A stretch of 64,000 bases of DNA from Candidatus Borrarchaeum weybense. GTDB taxonomy: Archaea; Asgardarchaeota; Sifarchaeia; Borrarchaeales; Borrarchaeaceae. The DNA lies in NCBI GenBank assembly GCA_019057385.1, contig JAHQJS010000007.1, positions 811,685 to 875,684 on the forward strand. Reading direction: 5' to 3'. The translations under genes were made by a program, and so were the position numbers. Below, in pieces: positions 41,317-51,006 of this stretch (positions are counted from its first letter, which is position 1; each line of letters starts with the position of its first letter). Below the pieces are notes generated by a model that did not search any database, was not told the DNA's origin, and saw only the letters and a list, made by a program, of their open reading frames with translations.

Positions 41317-42426
41317 CTATTGAATAATTTGATTAAGCGCACCTAAGAGGCGTTTATTCTCTTTTTCAGTTCTTATTCCAATTCGAATATGATTATCACC
41401 CAGGGGCTTAAATGACGAGCAATTTCTTACTAAAATGCCGAGTTCCCTTAGTTCCTGTTCAAGACGAGTTCCTGTTAAACCAGTTCCACTAACATCAACA
41501 AAAAAATAATTTGCATCTGGTAATTCCGTCTTAAGCCCTCTTATTTTTGCTAAGTTCTCCATAAGAAATCTTTTTTGTTTATAGAAGAGTTCCTTAGATT
41601 TTTCTAGATAAGATATATCCTTTAAAGCCGCAATTGCTGCTACTTGTGCTAAATAGTTTACGTTCCATTCAAGTTTGGCGCGGCTCATATATGAGATTAA
41701 TTCCTTAGATCCTATTCCATACCCGACTCTAAGTCCTGGTATAGCAAATATTTTGGTGAGCGAGTGAATTACAAAGACATTTGTATGTTGTGTAACTCTG
41801 ATGGCATAACTTACACCTTTTTCTGTGCTGTCTATGAAAACTTCATCGAGAAAAACGAGAACCTGTTTTTCATTAGCGTCTTCGACAATGCTTTGAAGTT
41901 CATCTGGCGGCATCAATTTTGAAGTAGGATTGTTTGGATTGCATAGAAAAATCGCTTTGGTTTTATCGGTTATTTTTGCAATTATATCACTTGAATTAAC
42001 AATAAAATCAGGAGATTTCAATTCTACAAATATAGGAAGTGCGCCCATGAATTCTGTCGCAACCGTATATTCGTCAAAAGTCGGAATGGGAATAATTACT
42101 TCGTCGCCCTCTTCAAAAAAAGTCTCTGCAAATAATCTTATCAGTTCATTCGAGCCATTCCCAACTATTAGATTTTCCTCATGTAGATTGTAAATCTTGG
42201 TAAGTTCCTTTTTAAATTCTGTCGAATGAGAATCTGGATAATGAGAAAGATTATGCAAATTTCGTCTTATCACTTCTATAACGGATTCTGGGGGTCCAAT
42301 AGGGTTTATACTAGCACTGAAATCTATTAATTCTATTGCTTGTACATTGGGGTTTTTCTTATAGTGCCAAAACTTGCCCCCATGAGTGCTTGCCTTCAAT
42401 TCTATTATAGATTTACGCGGTCGCAT
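41317..42426 (-). CDS. cobD: Threonine-phosphate decarboxylase CobD (HisC-like PLP enzyme)
   Basis: HGG, DFSASINP, NPNNPT, DEVF, SLTK.FAIPGLRVGY; cobamide context. Confidence 0.8.
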   Translation of the reverse strand: MRPRKSIIELKASTHGGKFWHYKKNPNVQAIELIDFSASINPIGPPESVIEVIRRNLHNLSHYPDSHSTEFKKELTKIYNLHEENLIVGNGSNELIRLFAETFFEEGDEVIIPIPTFDEYTVATEFMGALPIFVELKSPDFIVNSSDIIAKITDKTKAIFLCNPNNPTSKLMPPDELQSIVEDANEKQVLVFLDEVFIDSTEKGVSYAIRVTQHTNVFVIHSLTKIFAIPGLRVGYGIGSKELISYMSRAKLEWNVNYLAQVAAIAALKDISYLEKSKELFYKQKRFLMENLAKIRGLKTELPDANYFFVDVSGTGLTGTRLEQELRELGILVRNCSSFKPLGDNHIRIGIRTEKENKRLLGALNQIIQ

Positions 42427-42474
42427 TATTTCACCCTTAATAAATATAGATAAAAAGAAAGGGCAATAATATCA

Positions 42475-43077
42475 TCATATTGCCTCTTTCACTTTAAGTC
42501 CGATCCTATATCCAATTATACCTGCAACAAATCCAAAAATTACACCAACAATTACATTCAAAACAATAAACACGCCGTAGGGTACACCAAAGAAGAATTC
42601 TACAAATGCGACATACTCAGGATACGTAATTGTTAGCAAACCCAGCTGGAACGGATAGAACACAATTGCTCTTAAGCATGCTCCGATGCCTGCTTTTAGA
42701 GAATTATTAGGATATCCACCAGTGATATAGAAGAAAGCCTCTATTAATGCTCCAGGTAAAATATCAGATGCTAGACCGATTACTGAAAAAATATTTGGAA
42801 ATAAAACTACTTCAAGAAGCCCATGGAGAAAGAAGATAAGAAAAACTGTTCCTCCCTTTCTTATTATTGTAGCTGCGAGCAGTACAAGAGTCATCGCTAA
42901 GAGTTCATAAACTATAACGGATACTACCCAGCTAAGCGGGGCCGGTATAGCAGCGAGCCCAATAAACCAAATTTGTTGCACACCATACCAGACGCCAACA
43001 AAAATTGCAATAACAACTAAATCAAATGTAGCAAACCGTTTGAAAAACCCTTTTTCTTGCTCAGTTTCCATTGTCAC
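42475..43077 (-). CDS. ECF transporter substrate-binding (S) component, probably corrinoid/precursor specific
   Basis: Hydrophobic ~200 aa, RKGG motif, downstream of ecfA/ecfT. Confidence 0.65.
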   Translation of the reverse strand: MTMETEQEKGFFKRFATFDLVVIAIFVGVWYGVQQIWFIGLAAIPAPLSWVVSVIVYELLAMTLVLLAATIIRKGGTVFLIFFLHGLLEVVLFPNIFSVIGLASDILPGALIEAFFYITGGYPNNSLKAGIGACLRAIVFYPFQLGLLTITYPEYVAFVEFFFGVPYGVFIVLNVIVGVIFGFVAGIIGYRIGLKVKEAI

Positions 43078-43097
43078 TGTTTCACCTCCTTAGTTTT

Positions 43098-43928
43098 TCA
43101 TACTACTATTTGCATTAACTCTACGCTAATATTCTGAATAGAAAAGACTTCAATCAAGACAATAATAGATAAAGCAACCAGAAGGACTGAAAAAACCAAC
43201 ATGAGATAATCTCTACTTCCTAATTGAAGGGTCTCCATCGTAGTTGGATTTTTTGTAGCTCGAAAGCCTCGTGCATCTAGAGAATACGCTAATTGCATAC
43301 TTCTACGTATCGAATGAATAATTAAAGGCGTAAACAATCTTTTGATTGATTTAATACGCCCTATTATACCACTTGTTTCAATTCCCCGAACATTTGCAAC
43401 TGCTGTTAACTTCTTCCATTGTTCAATTGCGAGTGGAATGAAACGAATCGTAATGATTACCATGATTGTTAGCTCATAAGGACAACGTAGTTTTCTAAGT
43501 GCACTCACCATTCTACTGGGTTCTGTGGTAAGGGAAACCAATAATGCCATTGAGACTAATGATAATGTTCTGAATGAAAATGTAATTGAAGCAAGAAGAA
43601 TCTCGGTGTAGATTCCAGAACCACCTATTATCGGAATCACTGCGGGAATTACTTCTATGTACGTTAAACGTTCTTTAGGCGCAATTCTTGAAAATACTGT
43701 TGAAGAAACAAACATAAAAGCAAAAAGTAACGCTATACTTTTAAAAAAGTAACTAACGGTCTTAATAGGTAACTTTGCAAGTAACCAAGCGCAAAGAACG
43801 GCGATAAATGAAAGAAATAGAATAAGTGCATCGTGAATTGTACTTATTAGCATCAAGAAAGACATCGAAGTTATCAACTTAACTCTAGGATCCAAGCTTG
43901 ATGAACTAAAATTTATACTATTCTGCAC
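43098..43928 (-). CDS. ecfT: ECF transporter transmembrane component T
   Basis: LDPRVKL, RFIP, VRG and DARGF motifs. Confidence 0.85.
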   Translation of the reverse strand: MQNSINFSSSSLDPRVKLITSMSFLMLISTIHDALILFLSFIAVLCAWLLAKLPIKTVSYFFKSIALLFAFMFVSSTVFSRIAPKERLTYIEVIPAVIPIIGGSGIYTEILLASITFSFRTLSLVSMALLVSLTTEPSRMVSALRKLRCPYELTIMVIITIRFIPLAIEQWKKLTAVANVRGIETSGIIGRIKSIKRLFTPLIIHSIRRSMQLAYSLDARGFRATKNPTTMETLQLGSRDYLMLVFSVLLVALSIIVLIEVFSIQNISVELMQIVV

Positions 43929-43942
43929 TTATCTCGCCCTTC

Positions 43943-45454
43943 TCAGTTTTCCATTATTGGTAGTTGCACATTTTCTGTCGGAAATTGCCTAGAATTATTT
44001 TGTGCCATGTTTTGGTTAATGTGAGTTTCCATTATTTTCCCATTTTCTAATAAAAGTACTCTATTTGATATTGCACTGAGAAATTCCAAATCATGTGAGA
44101 TTGTAATTAATGTGTGTGTTTCATTCAATTCTTGAGCCAATTTGATGAAATCTTGCTTATGCTTATAGTCTTGTCCAGTTGTAGGCTCATCGAAAATCAA
44201 AATATTCGGTTGTGATACTAATAACGAAGCAATTGCAACCCTTTCTCTTTCCCCATAACTTATTTTAAAAGTACCTTTGTTATCGTAACCCTTAAGATTC
44301 AATAAATCGAGGGTTTCGTTTAAAAGCTTGTTTTTCTCATCCTCACTCAATCTTTGAATCCAAGGCGCGTATAAAATTTCATTTGAAACCTTGGTCGTCA
44401 GAATATTATCGTCTGGGTTTTGAAAGAGCACACCGATTTTCCTTATTGCTTGTTTACGTTTATAACTCCCGATCAGCTTTCCATCAATCATTATAGAGCC
44501 TTGTTTTGGCTTAAGAACGCCTGCTAAGATAAGTGCAAGAGTCGTTTTTCCAGAACCATTCTCACCCATTATTCCCAGGGATTCTCTTTCAAAGATTGAA
44601 AAAGAAATGTCAGTTAAAACGGAGTAATTATTATAGGAGAATGAAAGATTTTCTACTTGCAAGATTTTAGATCCATTAGTAATATTGGATTGTAGTGAGG
44701 GGTATATGGTCGTATTCAAAGGCTGTATTCCATAAGTGTTACAAAATTTTGTGTCTGTTAATATTTGAGGATCATCTGCAACTATTTCTCCACGATTTAG
44801 AACGATAACCCGATCGGTAATTTTACTAACTTCTTTTGTCCTATGCTCTGCAATTATAACAGTGATATTTTGATTTTCGCTGATTTGATCGATTAATGCT
44901 AGTATTTTTCTACCTGTTTTAAGGTCAATATTTGAAGTGGGCTCATCAAAAACCATTATAGCTGGACGAAAAGCAAGCATAGACGCAATACAGACTCTCT
45001 GTTGCTGTCCCATTGATAGTTCTGTCAATGGTTTTTCGGCAAATTTCTCCATTTCTACTGCTTCAAGTGCAAAATAAACCCTTTCTTGTATTTCCTCAGG
45101 AGGCAATCCTAAATTCTGTGGACCAAACGCTACTTCATCTTTAACCTTTAGAGAAAATAGTTGGGCCGATGGATTTTGGAGCACAACACCAACTTTATTT
45201 TTTAAGTGATAGGGAGGTGTTCTTTGGAGATTTTCACGTCCAACAGTTATATTGCCTTTAATTTTTCCTTCGGAATAAGAGTGCGGTATTAATCCGCTTA
45301 TACATAATACTAATGTTGACTTGCCGCATCCGCTGGGTCCAACAATTAGTAAACGCTCACCTTTATTGACTTTCAGATTGAAATCCTTCAAGGCAGGTTT
45401 CTCTGTGTTCGAATAACAATAAGAAAAATTCTCAACATGAATAAGCGGATTCAT
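43943..45454 (-). CDS. ECF transporter duplicated ATPase
   Basis: Two Walker A (GPSGCGKS, GENGSGKT), QNP, DEPT. Confidence 0.9.
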   Translation of the reverse strand: MNPLIHVENFSYCYSNTEKPALKDFNLKVNKGERLLIVGPSGCGKSTLVLCISGLIPHSYSEGKIKGNITVGRENLQRTPPYHLKNKVGVVLQNPSAQLFSLKVKDEVAFGPQNLGLPPEEIQERVYFALEAVEMEKFAEKPLTELSMGQQQRVCIASMLAFRPAIMVFDEPTSNIDLKTGRKILALIDQISENQNITVIIAEHRTKEVSKITDRVIVLNRGEIVADDPQILTDTKFCNTYGIQPLNTTIYPSLQSNITNGSKILQVENLSFSYNNYSVLTDISFSIFERESLGIMGENGSGKTTLALILAGVLKPKQGSIMIDGKLIGSYKRKQAIRKIGVLFQNPDDNILTTKVSNEILYAPWIQRLSEDEKNKLLNETLDLLNLKGYDNKGTFKISYGERERVAIASLLVSQPNILIFDEPTTGQDYKHKQDFIKLAQELNETHTLITISHDLEFLSAISNRVLLLENGKIMETHINQNMAQNNSRQFPTENVQLPIMEN

Positions 45455-45530
45455 TTTAGTAACATCAATCTCCTTTAAGGTAGTTCTTCATCTCCATATA
45501 GACAGATGTCATACACTCCAACCAATAGAT

Positions 45531-45621
45531 GGTACTTTACGTAAGTAAAGAGGTAGGCACTTTAAAGGATCAAAAGGAGAGATAGAATTTGTAAGCATGA
45601 AATTGTAAAAGATACCTACCT
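45531..45621 (-). ncRNA. Candidate sRNA/leader RNA copy A
   Basis: TATA at 45652-45645, 5' AGGUAGGUAUCUUU pairing with AAAGUGCCUACCU, loop with UUCUAUCUCUCCUUUUGAUCC, 3' hairpin CUUUAC/GUAAAG. Confidence 0.55.
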
Positions 45622-45659
45622 AGGGTAGGTTATCCTACCCTAGATATATATAGTTTTCG
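45614..45659 (-). promoter_or_regulatory. BRE/TATA promoter followed by overlapping inverted repeats (candidate operator)
   Basis: Minus strand CGAAAAC-TATATATA then CTAGGGTAGG-ATAA-CCTACCCTAG, overlapping ACCTACC-N3-GGTAGGT. Confidence 0.55.
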
Positions 45660-45903
45660 ATTGTCCGCGCACGTATCCATTAGATGATTTATGTCGAAAA
45701 ATAAACCATTGAATTTATTACAGATTTTACTCCAATTTTGTAGGTACAATTCGATCTGGTTCCATTAAAGAGGATTTCGCCGCGTAAAACGGTCTATTGA
45801 TAGGAATCTTTCCTAGAAATCCCCTTTTTTTCATTATTTTTCAATTTCAAAACGGTTTCGTGCCAATATACAGTGTTTACCCCTCGATAGGTTAAAAAAT
45901 ACT

Positions 45904-47754
45904 TCATTTTCTAGAGATCCTATCTTTGTGAGGGATATACATAGATTTAGCATACTCTCTTGTAAAATCTGGATCAAGCACAAGTTCCAAATAACGAACT
46001 TTTCGGCCAATCTCCTCTGACATTTTCCTAGATTCTTTGGATAGAAGTGCCATCCTTGCACCGGTTCCCGCAGCGTTCCCTACCGATTTAATTATTTCTA
46101 TAGGAAAGTTAGGAATCATCCCGATAGTGATGGCTGCCTCTGGATCTACATAGCACCCAAAAGCGCCAGCAATAAAAACATGCGCAACATCATCAATTTT
46201 AATTCCTTTATTTTTTAATAAAAGTGCGGCTCCGGCATGCATTGCTGCTTTAGCTAGTTGCAATTGTTTTATATCTTCTTGAGAAATAGCGAGGTTTTCT
46301 TCAAGAACTGTTTCATCTTTCCGCAAGAGTATAAATTTAGACTCTCCTTTTTTGTCGACAATCCTTGGAGTGGGAAGAGAAACGTTTATACGCCCTCTGT
46401 GATTTATAATTCCCGCCTTAAACATTTCCGAAAGGGCGTCAATTATTGCTGAACCACAGATACCTCTAGGTTTCGCATCATCTATTGTTTTATAGGTGAC
46501 TTCAAAAGTTACAGGATCGATTTTTAAGCGTTCAATTGCCCCAGTCGATGCACGTATTCCATGCTTGATATACGCACCTTCAAAGGCGGGCCCTGATGCA
46601 CAAGAACACACAAGTATATCATCTTTATTTCCAAGAGCGATTTCTGTATTCGTACCAATATCTAAGGTCAAACATATTTCATCAGATTTGTATATTTCTG
46701 TAGCTAATATTTCAGCGACTTTATCTCCTCCCACAAAGCCCGCTATTATAGGAAGAAGGTGAACATTTCCATAAGAATATATATCAAGTTTCAACTTTTC
46801 TGTGGGAATATCCAGCGAATTTTTCACCACTGGAACATACGGTGCTATCGGTAAATAATCAGAAGGGATACGTAAGAATGTATGATGCATAGCAGTATTT
46901 CCGACCGCACAGATCTCATAAACCTCGTATAATTTCACCTCTGCTTTTTCACAAAGTGACTCTATGAGTTGATTTATTCCTTCAACGATAATATCAGACA
47001 TTAAATTTGGGTTCTTTGTTGCAAAAGTGATTCTTGAAACAACATCTTCTCCATAAGGGATTTGCGGATTCATAATAGAGTCAGCAGCCATCAAACTTCC
47101 ATTATAAAGATTGATCAAATAGGCAGCAATCTTAGTAGTTCCAATATCTAGTGCTACCCCATAATTTTTCTCGAATGTCATCCCACGCTCAATATCAATG
47201 ATCTTTTGGTTATTCCAAATTGTTACGGTCACAACCCAATCTCCATCTCTTAAAACGTGAGGAATCTTTTTGAGAATGTTAAAGTCTATTCCAATATTGT
47301 GTCCAAGAATGTTATGAACTTCATCCATAATTCGCTCTGCATCAGCTCTAAGATCCTGAAGAGCTGGTGGGGTCATCTTCAACACTACTTTCTGAACAAA
47401 CGGATCAAATTCTATAGGAACTTCAATACCTTCAATCTGAAGCCGTTGTTTTCCAGTTCTGCTGTTTATTGGTATTTCTACAGTGACATTTCCTTTTGGA
47501 ACTGTGCAACACGCCAATCTGTATCCTTTTTGAATTTCTAGTTGAGTGAGAATTCTTTTTTCATCATCGGTAATTAGGTTGACAGCATTTTTTTCTGAAT
47601 TTATTATAATCTTACATTTACCACATATTGCGGTTCCTCCACAAATAGCTTGAATATCTATGCCTCCCTTTATTGCGCCTTCCAATATGGTTTCGCCGTT
47701 GGCGATGGTAACCCTTTTTCCATCAGGTTGAAATGTTATTTCACTTTGATTCAT
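45904..47754 (-). CDS. ATP-dependent corrinoid reductive activator (RamA/RACo-like ASKHA protein with N-terminal 2Fe-2S)
   Basis: CGG.A.CGKC...RLAC, DIGTT, DIGTNTE, GPAFEG, GICGS, AGAFG, GNAAG.GA. Confidence 0.88.
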   Translation of the reverse strand: MNQSEITFQPDGKRVTIANGETILEGAIKGGIDIQAICGGTAICGKCKIIINSEKNAVNLITDDEKRILTQLEIQKGYRLACCTVPKGNVTVEIPINSRTGKQRLQIEGIEVPIEFDPFVQKVVLKMTPPALQDLRADAERIMDEVHNILGHNIGIDFNILKKIPHVLRDGDWVVTVTIWNNQKIIDIERGMTFEKNYGVALDIGTTKIAAYLINLYNGSLMAADSIMNPQIPYGEDVVSRITFATKNPNLMSDIIVEGINQLIESLCEKAEVKLYEVYEICAVGNTAMHHTFLRIPSDYLPIAPYVPVVKNSLDIPTEKLKLDIYSYGNVHLLPIIAGFVGGDKVAEILATEIYKSDEICLTLDIGTNTEIALGNKDDILVCSCASGPAFEGAYIKHGIRASTGAIERLKIDPVTFEVTYKTIDDAKPRGICGSAIIDALSEMFKAGIINHRGRINVSLPTPRIVDKKGESKFILLRKDETVLEENLAISQEDIKQLQLAKAAMHAGAALLLKNKGIKIDDVAHVFIAGAFGCYVDPEAAITIGMIPNFPIEIIKSVGNAAGTGARMALLSKESRKMSEEIGRKVRYLELVLDPDFTREYAKSMYIPHKDRISRK

Positions 47755-47780
47755 AGATATATGCTCCGATTATGTATTAT

Positions 47781-48698
47781 TTAGAATATTCTGTAAAGAG
47801 GATGGTTCTTGGTTCTAGTTTTTATACGATCTTCTCGCATTGCATATGCAATTATTGCATCAGTCATTGCGGCTGCAGGAAATATTATCTCTGCATTTTT
47901 TATTGGACCATATAGGATAAAATTGGCTCCTGCATTTTGAAGAATCGTCACACAACCTGTCATACATGTTTTCTTTGCATCCATTCCATATTCCTTTAGG
48001 CGCGTCCATTGCAGAAGTTGTCTGTATGGTGATCCTCCAGCCGGTAGGCCAAACTCTTCTTTAATTAAAGGGATTGCTTTAGCCACTAGGCCAACACCTG
48101 GTATATCGCAAGGTGACCCATCGATTAACGTATTTTTGACCCCTGATCTCTCTGCAATTGTTAAAAGACCTTCCTGACGCGAGGTCCCATTTAGTATTTC
48201 AACTCTTCCTGCTGGCTTGGGACTCGAGAGATTAAAGGAGTAGATTATAGCAGAGTCCACCCCTGCCTCTTTTATAGCCATTAATTCCTCTTCTTTTGTA
48301 AAATAAGCTATGTGATTATAAACAATTCTATCACTTAAACCTACCTCTGCAGAGTGTTGGACGGCCGAAATTTTTACATCCATCTGGGGACTATAAAGCA
48401 ATATAGGAGCATCGGTGAGATTCGCTACAAAATCAATATATTTACAAATGGCTTCAGGGCTTGTACCTACAACATCTATCATTATAGGGTTGCCGGTTTT
48501 TTCCGACAACTCAGATTGTTTTTCTATGAATTCTTCTGCTTTCTGCTTGTCGAATGCCCCTGTTTTTTCGTTTTCAACGATTTTATCGCCGTGATAGAAG
48601 ATTGTTCCAATTAATACAGTAGGGAGTTCTCCTAGCTGTCCGCCCACTTCAACGTTTCCTATACGAAATACTTTCTGTTCATTCTCAAATTTAAACAC
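47781..48698 (-). CDS. mtrH: MtrH-family methyltransferase (corrinoid:pterin), paralog 1
   Basis: MFKFE.EQ, GGQ.GELPTVL.G.IFY, FGLP.G, ILYGPI. Confidence 0.85.
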   Translation of the reverse strand: MFKFENEQKVFRIGNVEVGGQLGELPTVLIGTIFYHGDKIVENEKTGAFDKQKAEEFIEKQSELSEKTGNPIMIDVVGTSPEAICKYIDFVANLTDAPILLYSPQMDVKISAVQHSAEVGLSDRIVYNHIAYFTKEEELMAIKEAGVDSAIIYSFNLSSPKPAGRVEILNGTSRQEGLLTIAERSGVKNTLIDGSPCDIPGVGLVAKAIPLIKEEFGLPAGGSPYRQLLQWTRLKEYGMDAKKTCMTGCVTILQNAGANFILYGPIKNAEIIFPAAAMTDAIIAYAMREDRIKTRTKNHPLYRIF

Positions 48699-48807
48699 GC
48701 TGTTCTACTCCTGAAAGAAGAAATGCTTTCCATTAGGGAGTTAAAGACATATTATCTCCCAATTCATCGTTTTTAAACCTAAGGACCTTGTTGACTTTTA
48801 AAATGAT

Positions 48808-49737
48808 TTAGAAAATCTTGTAAAGTGGGTGTTCTCTAGTTCTCGTTTTAACCTTATGTTTTCGCATTGCATATGCAATTATTGCATCAGTCATTGCAGC
48901 TGCAGGAAATATTATCTCTGCATTTTTTATTGGACCATATAGAATGAAATCGGCACCTGCCCTTTGTAGGACTGTCACAGAACACGCCATACAAATTTTC
49001 TTTGCAAGTTTCCCATATTCCTTTACGCGTGTCCATTCTAGGACAGCATTGCAAGGAGCACCTCCTGCGGGTAGGCCAAATTCCTGTTTAATTAGTGTAG
49101 CCGCTTCGGCTACTAGTCCAACACTTGGCACGTCAAACGTTGCTCCATCTATCAAAGTATTTTCGACCCCTGTTTTCTCAGCAATTTTTAATAGGCTCTG
49201 ATCGTTTGATTCTTTTCCATACAGCATTTCAAGTCTACCTTTAGGCCATGCATTAGATGGATTAAAGGTTAAAAGTAACGCGGATTTAACACCTACCTCT
49301 TTTATTGCTGTTAATTCCTCCTCGTAGGTCTTGTACCAAATAGAATTATAAACAATTCTATTGAGTAAGCCAACTTCTGCAGCGTGTTTGATGCCTTCGA
49401 TTTTTACATCCATAAACGAACTATCTACTAATATAGGAGCATCTGTGAGATTCGCTACAAAATCAATATATTTACAGATAGCTTCAGGACTTGTGCCTAC
49501 AACATCTAGCATTACAGGATTACAAGTTTTTTCCGACAACTCAGATTGTTTTTCTATGAATTCTTCTGCTTTCTGCTTGTCGAATGCCCCTGTTTTTTCG
49601 TTTTCAACGATTTTATCGCCGTGATAGAAGATTGTTCCAATTAATACGGTAGGTAACTCCCCTGGCTGTCCACCCACCTCAACGTCTCCTATATGAAAAA
49701 TTTTCTGTTCATTCTCAAATTTAAACAAATTTATCAC
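48808..49737 (-). CDS. mtrH: MtrH-family methyltransferase, paralog 2
   Basis: As above with VDSS and YNSI pterin-binding residues. Confidence 0.87.
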   Translation of the reverse strand: MINLFKFENEQKIFHIGDVEVGGQPGELPTVLIGTIFYHGDKIVENEKTGAFDKQKAEEFIEKQSELSEKTCNPVMLDVVGTSPEAICKYIDFVANLTDAPILVDSSFMDVKIEGIKHAAEVGLLNRIVYNSIWYKTYEEELTAIKEVGVKSALLLTFNPSNAWPKGRLEMLYGKESNDQSLLKIAEKTGVENTLIDGATFDVPSVGLVAEAATLIKQEFGLPAGGAPCNAVLEWTRVKEYGKLAKKICMACSVTVLQRAGADFILYGPIKNAEIIFPAAAMTDAIIAYAMRKHKVKTRTREHPLYKIF

Positions 49738-50065
49738 TATCCCTTGACGTTTACATATGAGTTCACGTTAGCTTATTAAAGAAAAATATTACTCTACTCT
49801 ATTTTTATAGTTGAATACTATAGATTTATATAAGTTGTCTTTGTAGGAATTCATGATAAATTCGTTAAAAAACCTGGGATATGGAAATTTTTGAAATTAA
49901 AGTTCCGCAGTTCTAAAATGAAAAAAAGGCCATGAACACAGTATTTATAGCTGAAAGTGACAAAAAGTGAGTCTACATTACTTGAATCGTAGTATCTTAA
50001 TTACGTAAGTTTATTAATTGTATATGATCCACAAAAAGTTTATGAATCGTTAATGCAACAACTGC

Positions 50066-50428
50066 ATGATGAGAAAAAACCTTATAAGAGATCTAAAGGT
50101 GGAAGTTATGGAAATTGCCATAGAGTTTTCAGATGAAGAACTCAAATTAGTAAAAAAGTTACTAACGAGTAAAAAAGATAAGCGTCCAACAAAAGAAATT
50201 TTAGAGGAAAAATTTCGTGATTATAAAATAGGTCTGGTTTTTAGTGCACACCACAAACTAAGTGAAATTTGTCCAAAGTGCGGCTCAATTGAGACCACAC
50301 AAGATATGGATTGGAACTCGATTGACGATGGAAATGGAAAAAATATAATATTTTTAAAATGTAAAAATTGCAGTAACAAATTCAGTATTATTTGGAATCC
50401 TTTTGAAACAGATCCCCCCTCATGGTAA
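50066..50428 (+). CDS. Small hypothetical zinc-ribbon protein, paralog 1
   Basis: CPKCGS...CKNC; homologous to next ORF; start may be 50108. Confidence 0.6.
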   Translation: MMRKNLIRDLKVEVMEIAIEFSDEELKLVKKLLTSKKDKRPTKEILEEKFRDYKIGLVFSAHHKLSEICPKCGSIETTQDMDWNSIDDGNGKNIIFLKCKNCSNKFSIIWNPFETDPPSW

Positions 50429-50443
50429 GCAAAGAAACAGTAC

Positions 50444-50824
50444 TTGGTCCTAATGAATAAAAAAATAAATGGAGCACTTGTTATGAATAGTCTAAGGGAA
50501 TCATTGAAAATAAAAGTAATTTTCTCAAAAGAAGAAATCGAAATATTCAAAAACCTATTAGAAGGGAGAAAAGAAATACGCCCTCTAAAAAAGATCTTGG
50601 AAGAGAAAATAACAGAATACCAATTAGGACTAATTTATAATGCAAAAGTAATACTGAATGATGCCTGCCCAAGCTGCGGGTCACTAAACACAAAAGAGGA
50701 TCATAATCGTCCGCCGACACTCACAAAGGGTGGAAATTTTATAATATATCGCCAATGTTGCGAATGTAACACAAAATTCAGTGCACATTTTATACCATCC
50801 TTCGAAGCTGACTATAGTATTTAA
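50444..50824 (+). CDS. Small hypothetical zinc-ribbon protein, paralog 2
   Basis: CPSCGS...CCEC; shared FS.EE...LL...RP.K.ILEEK..Y..GL pattern. Confidence 0.6.
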   Translation: MVLMNKKINGALVMNSLRESLKIKVIFSKEEIEIFKNLLEGRKEIRPLKKILEEKITEYQLGLIYNAKVILNDACPSCGSLNTKEDHNRPPTLTKGGNFIIYRQCCECNTKFSAHFIPSFEADYSI

Positions 50825-51006
50825 GACCTGTCTTTCATTGTTAAACATTTCTAGAATGCGTCTTCACGCAAATCGACTTTGTGAGGTATGTAAAATAGTT
50901 TAGAAAGCAAGATCAAGAAGGAAACTCAATGATCGAGAGGAATTTTTCAATAAGATTTTCTTTAATAAGATAAATACATACTCATATCGAATAGAAGGGA
51001 GATATA

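Noticed and set aside
45455-45660. Canonical cobalamin riboswitch
   Set aside because: No B12-box or GGGAA/GCCACUG consensus found by eye.
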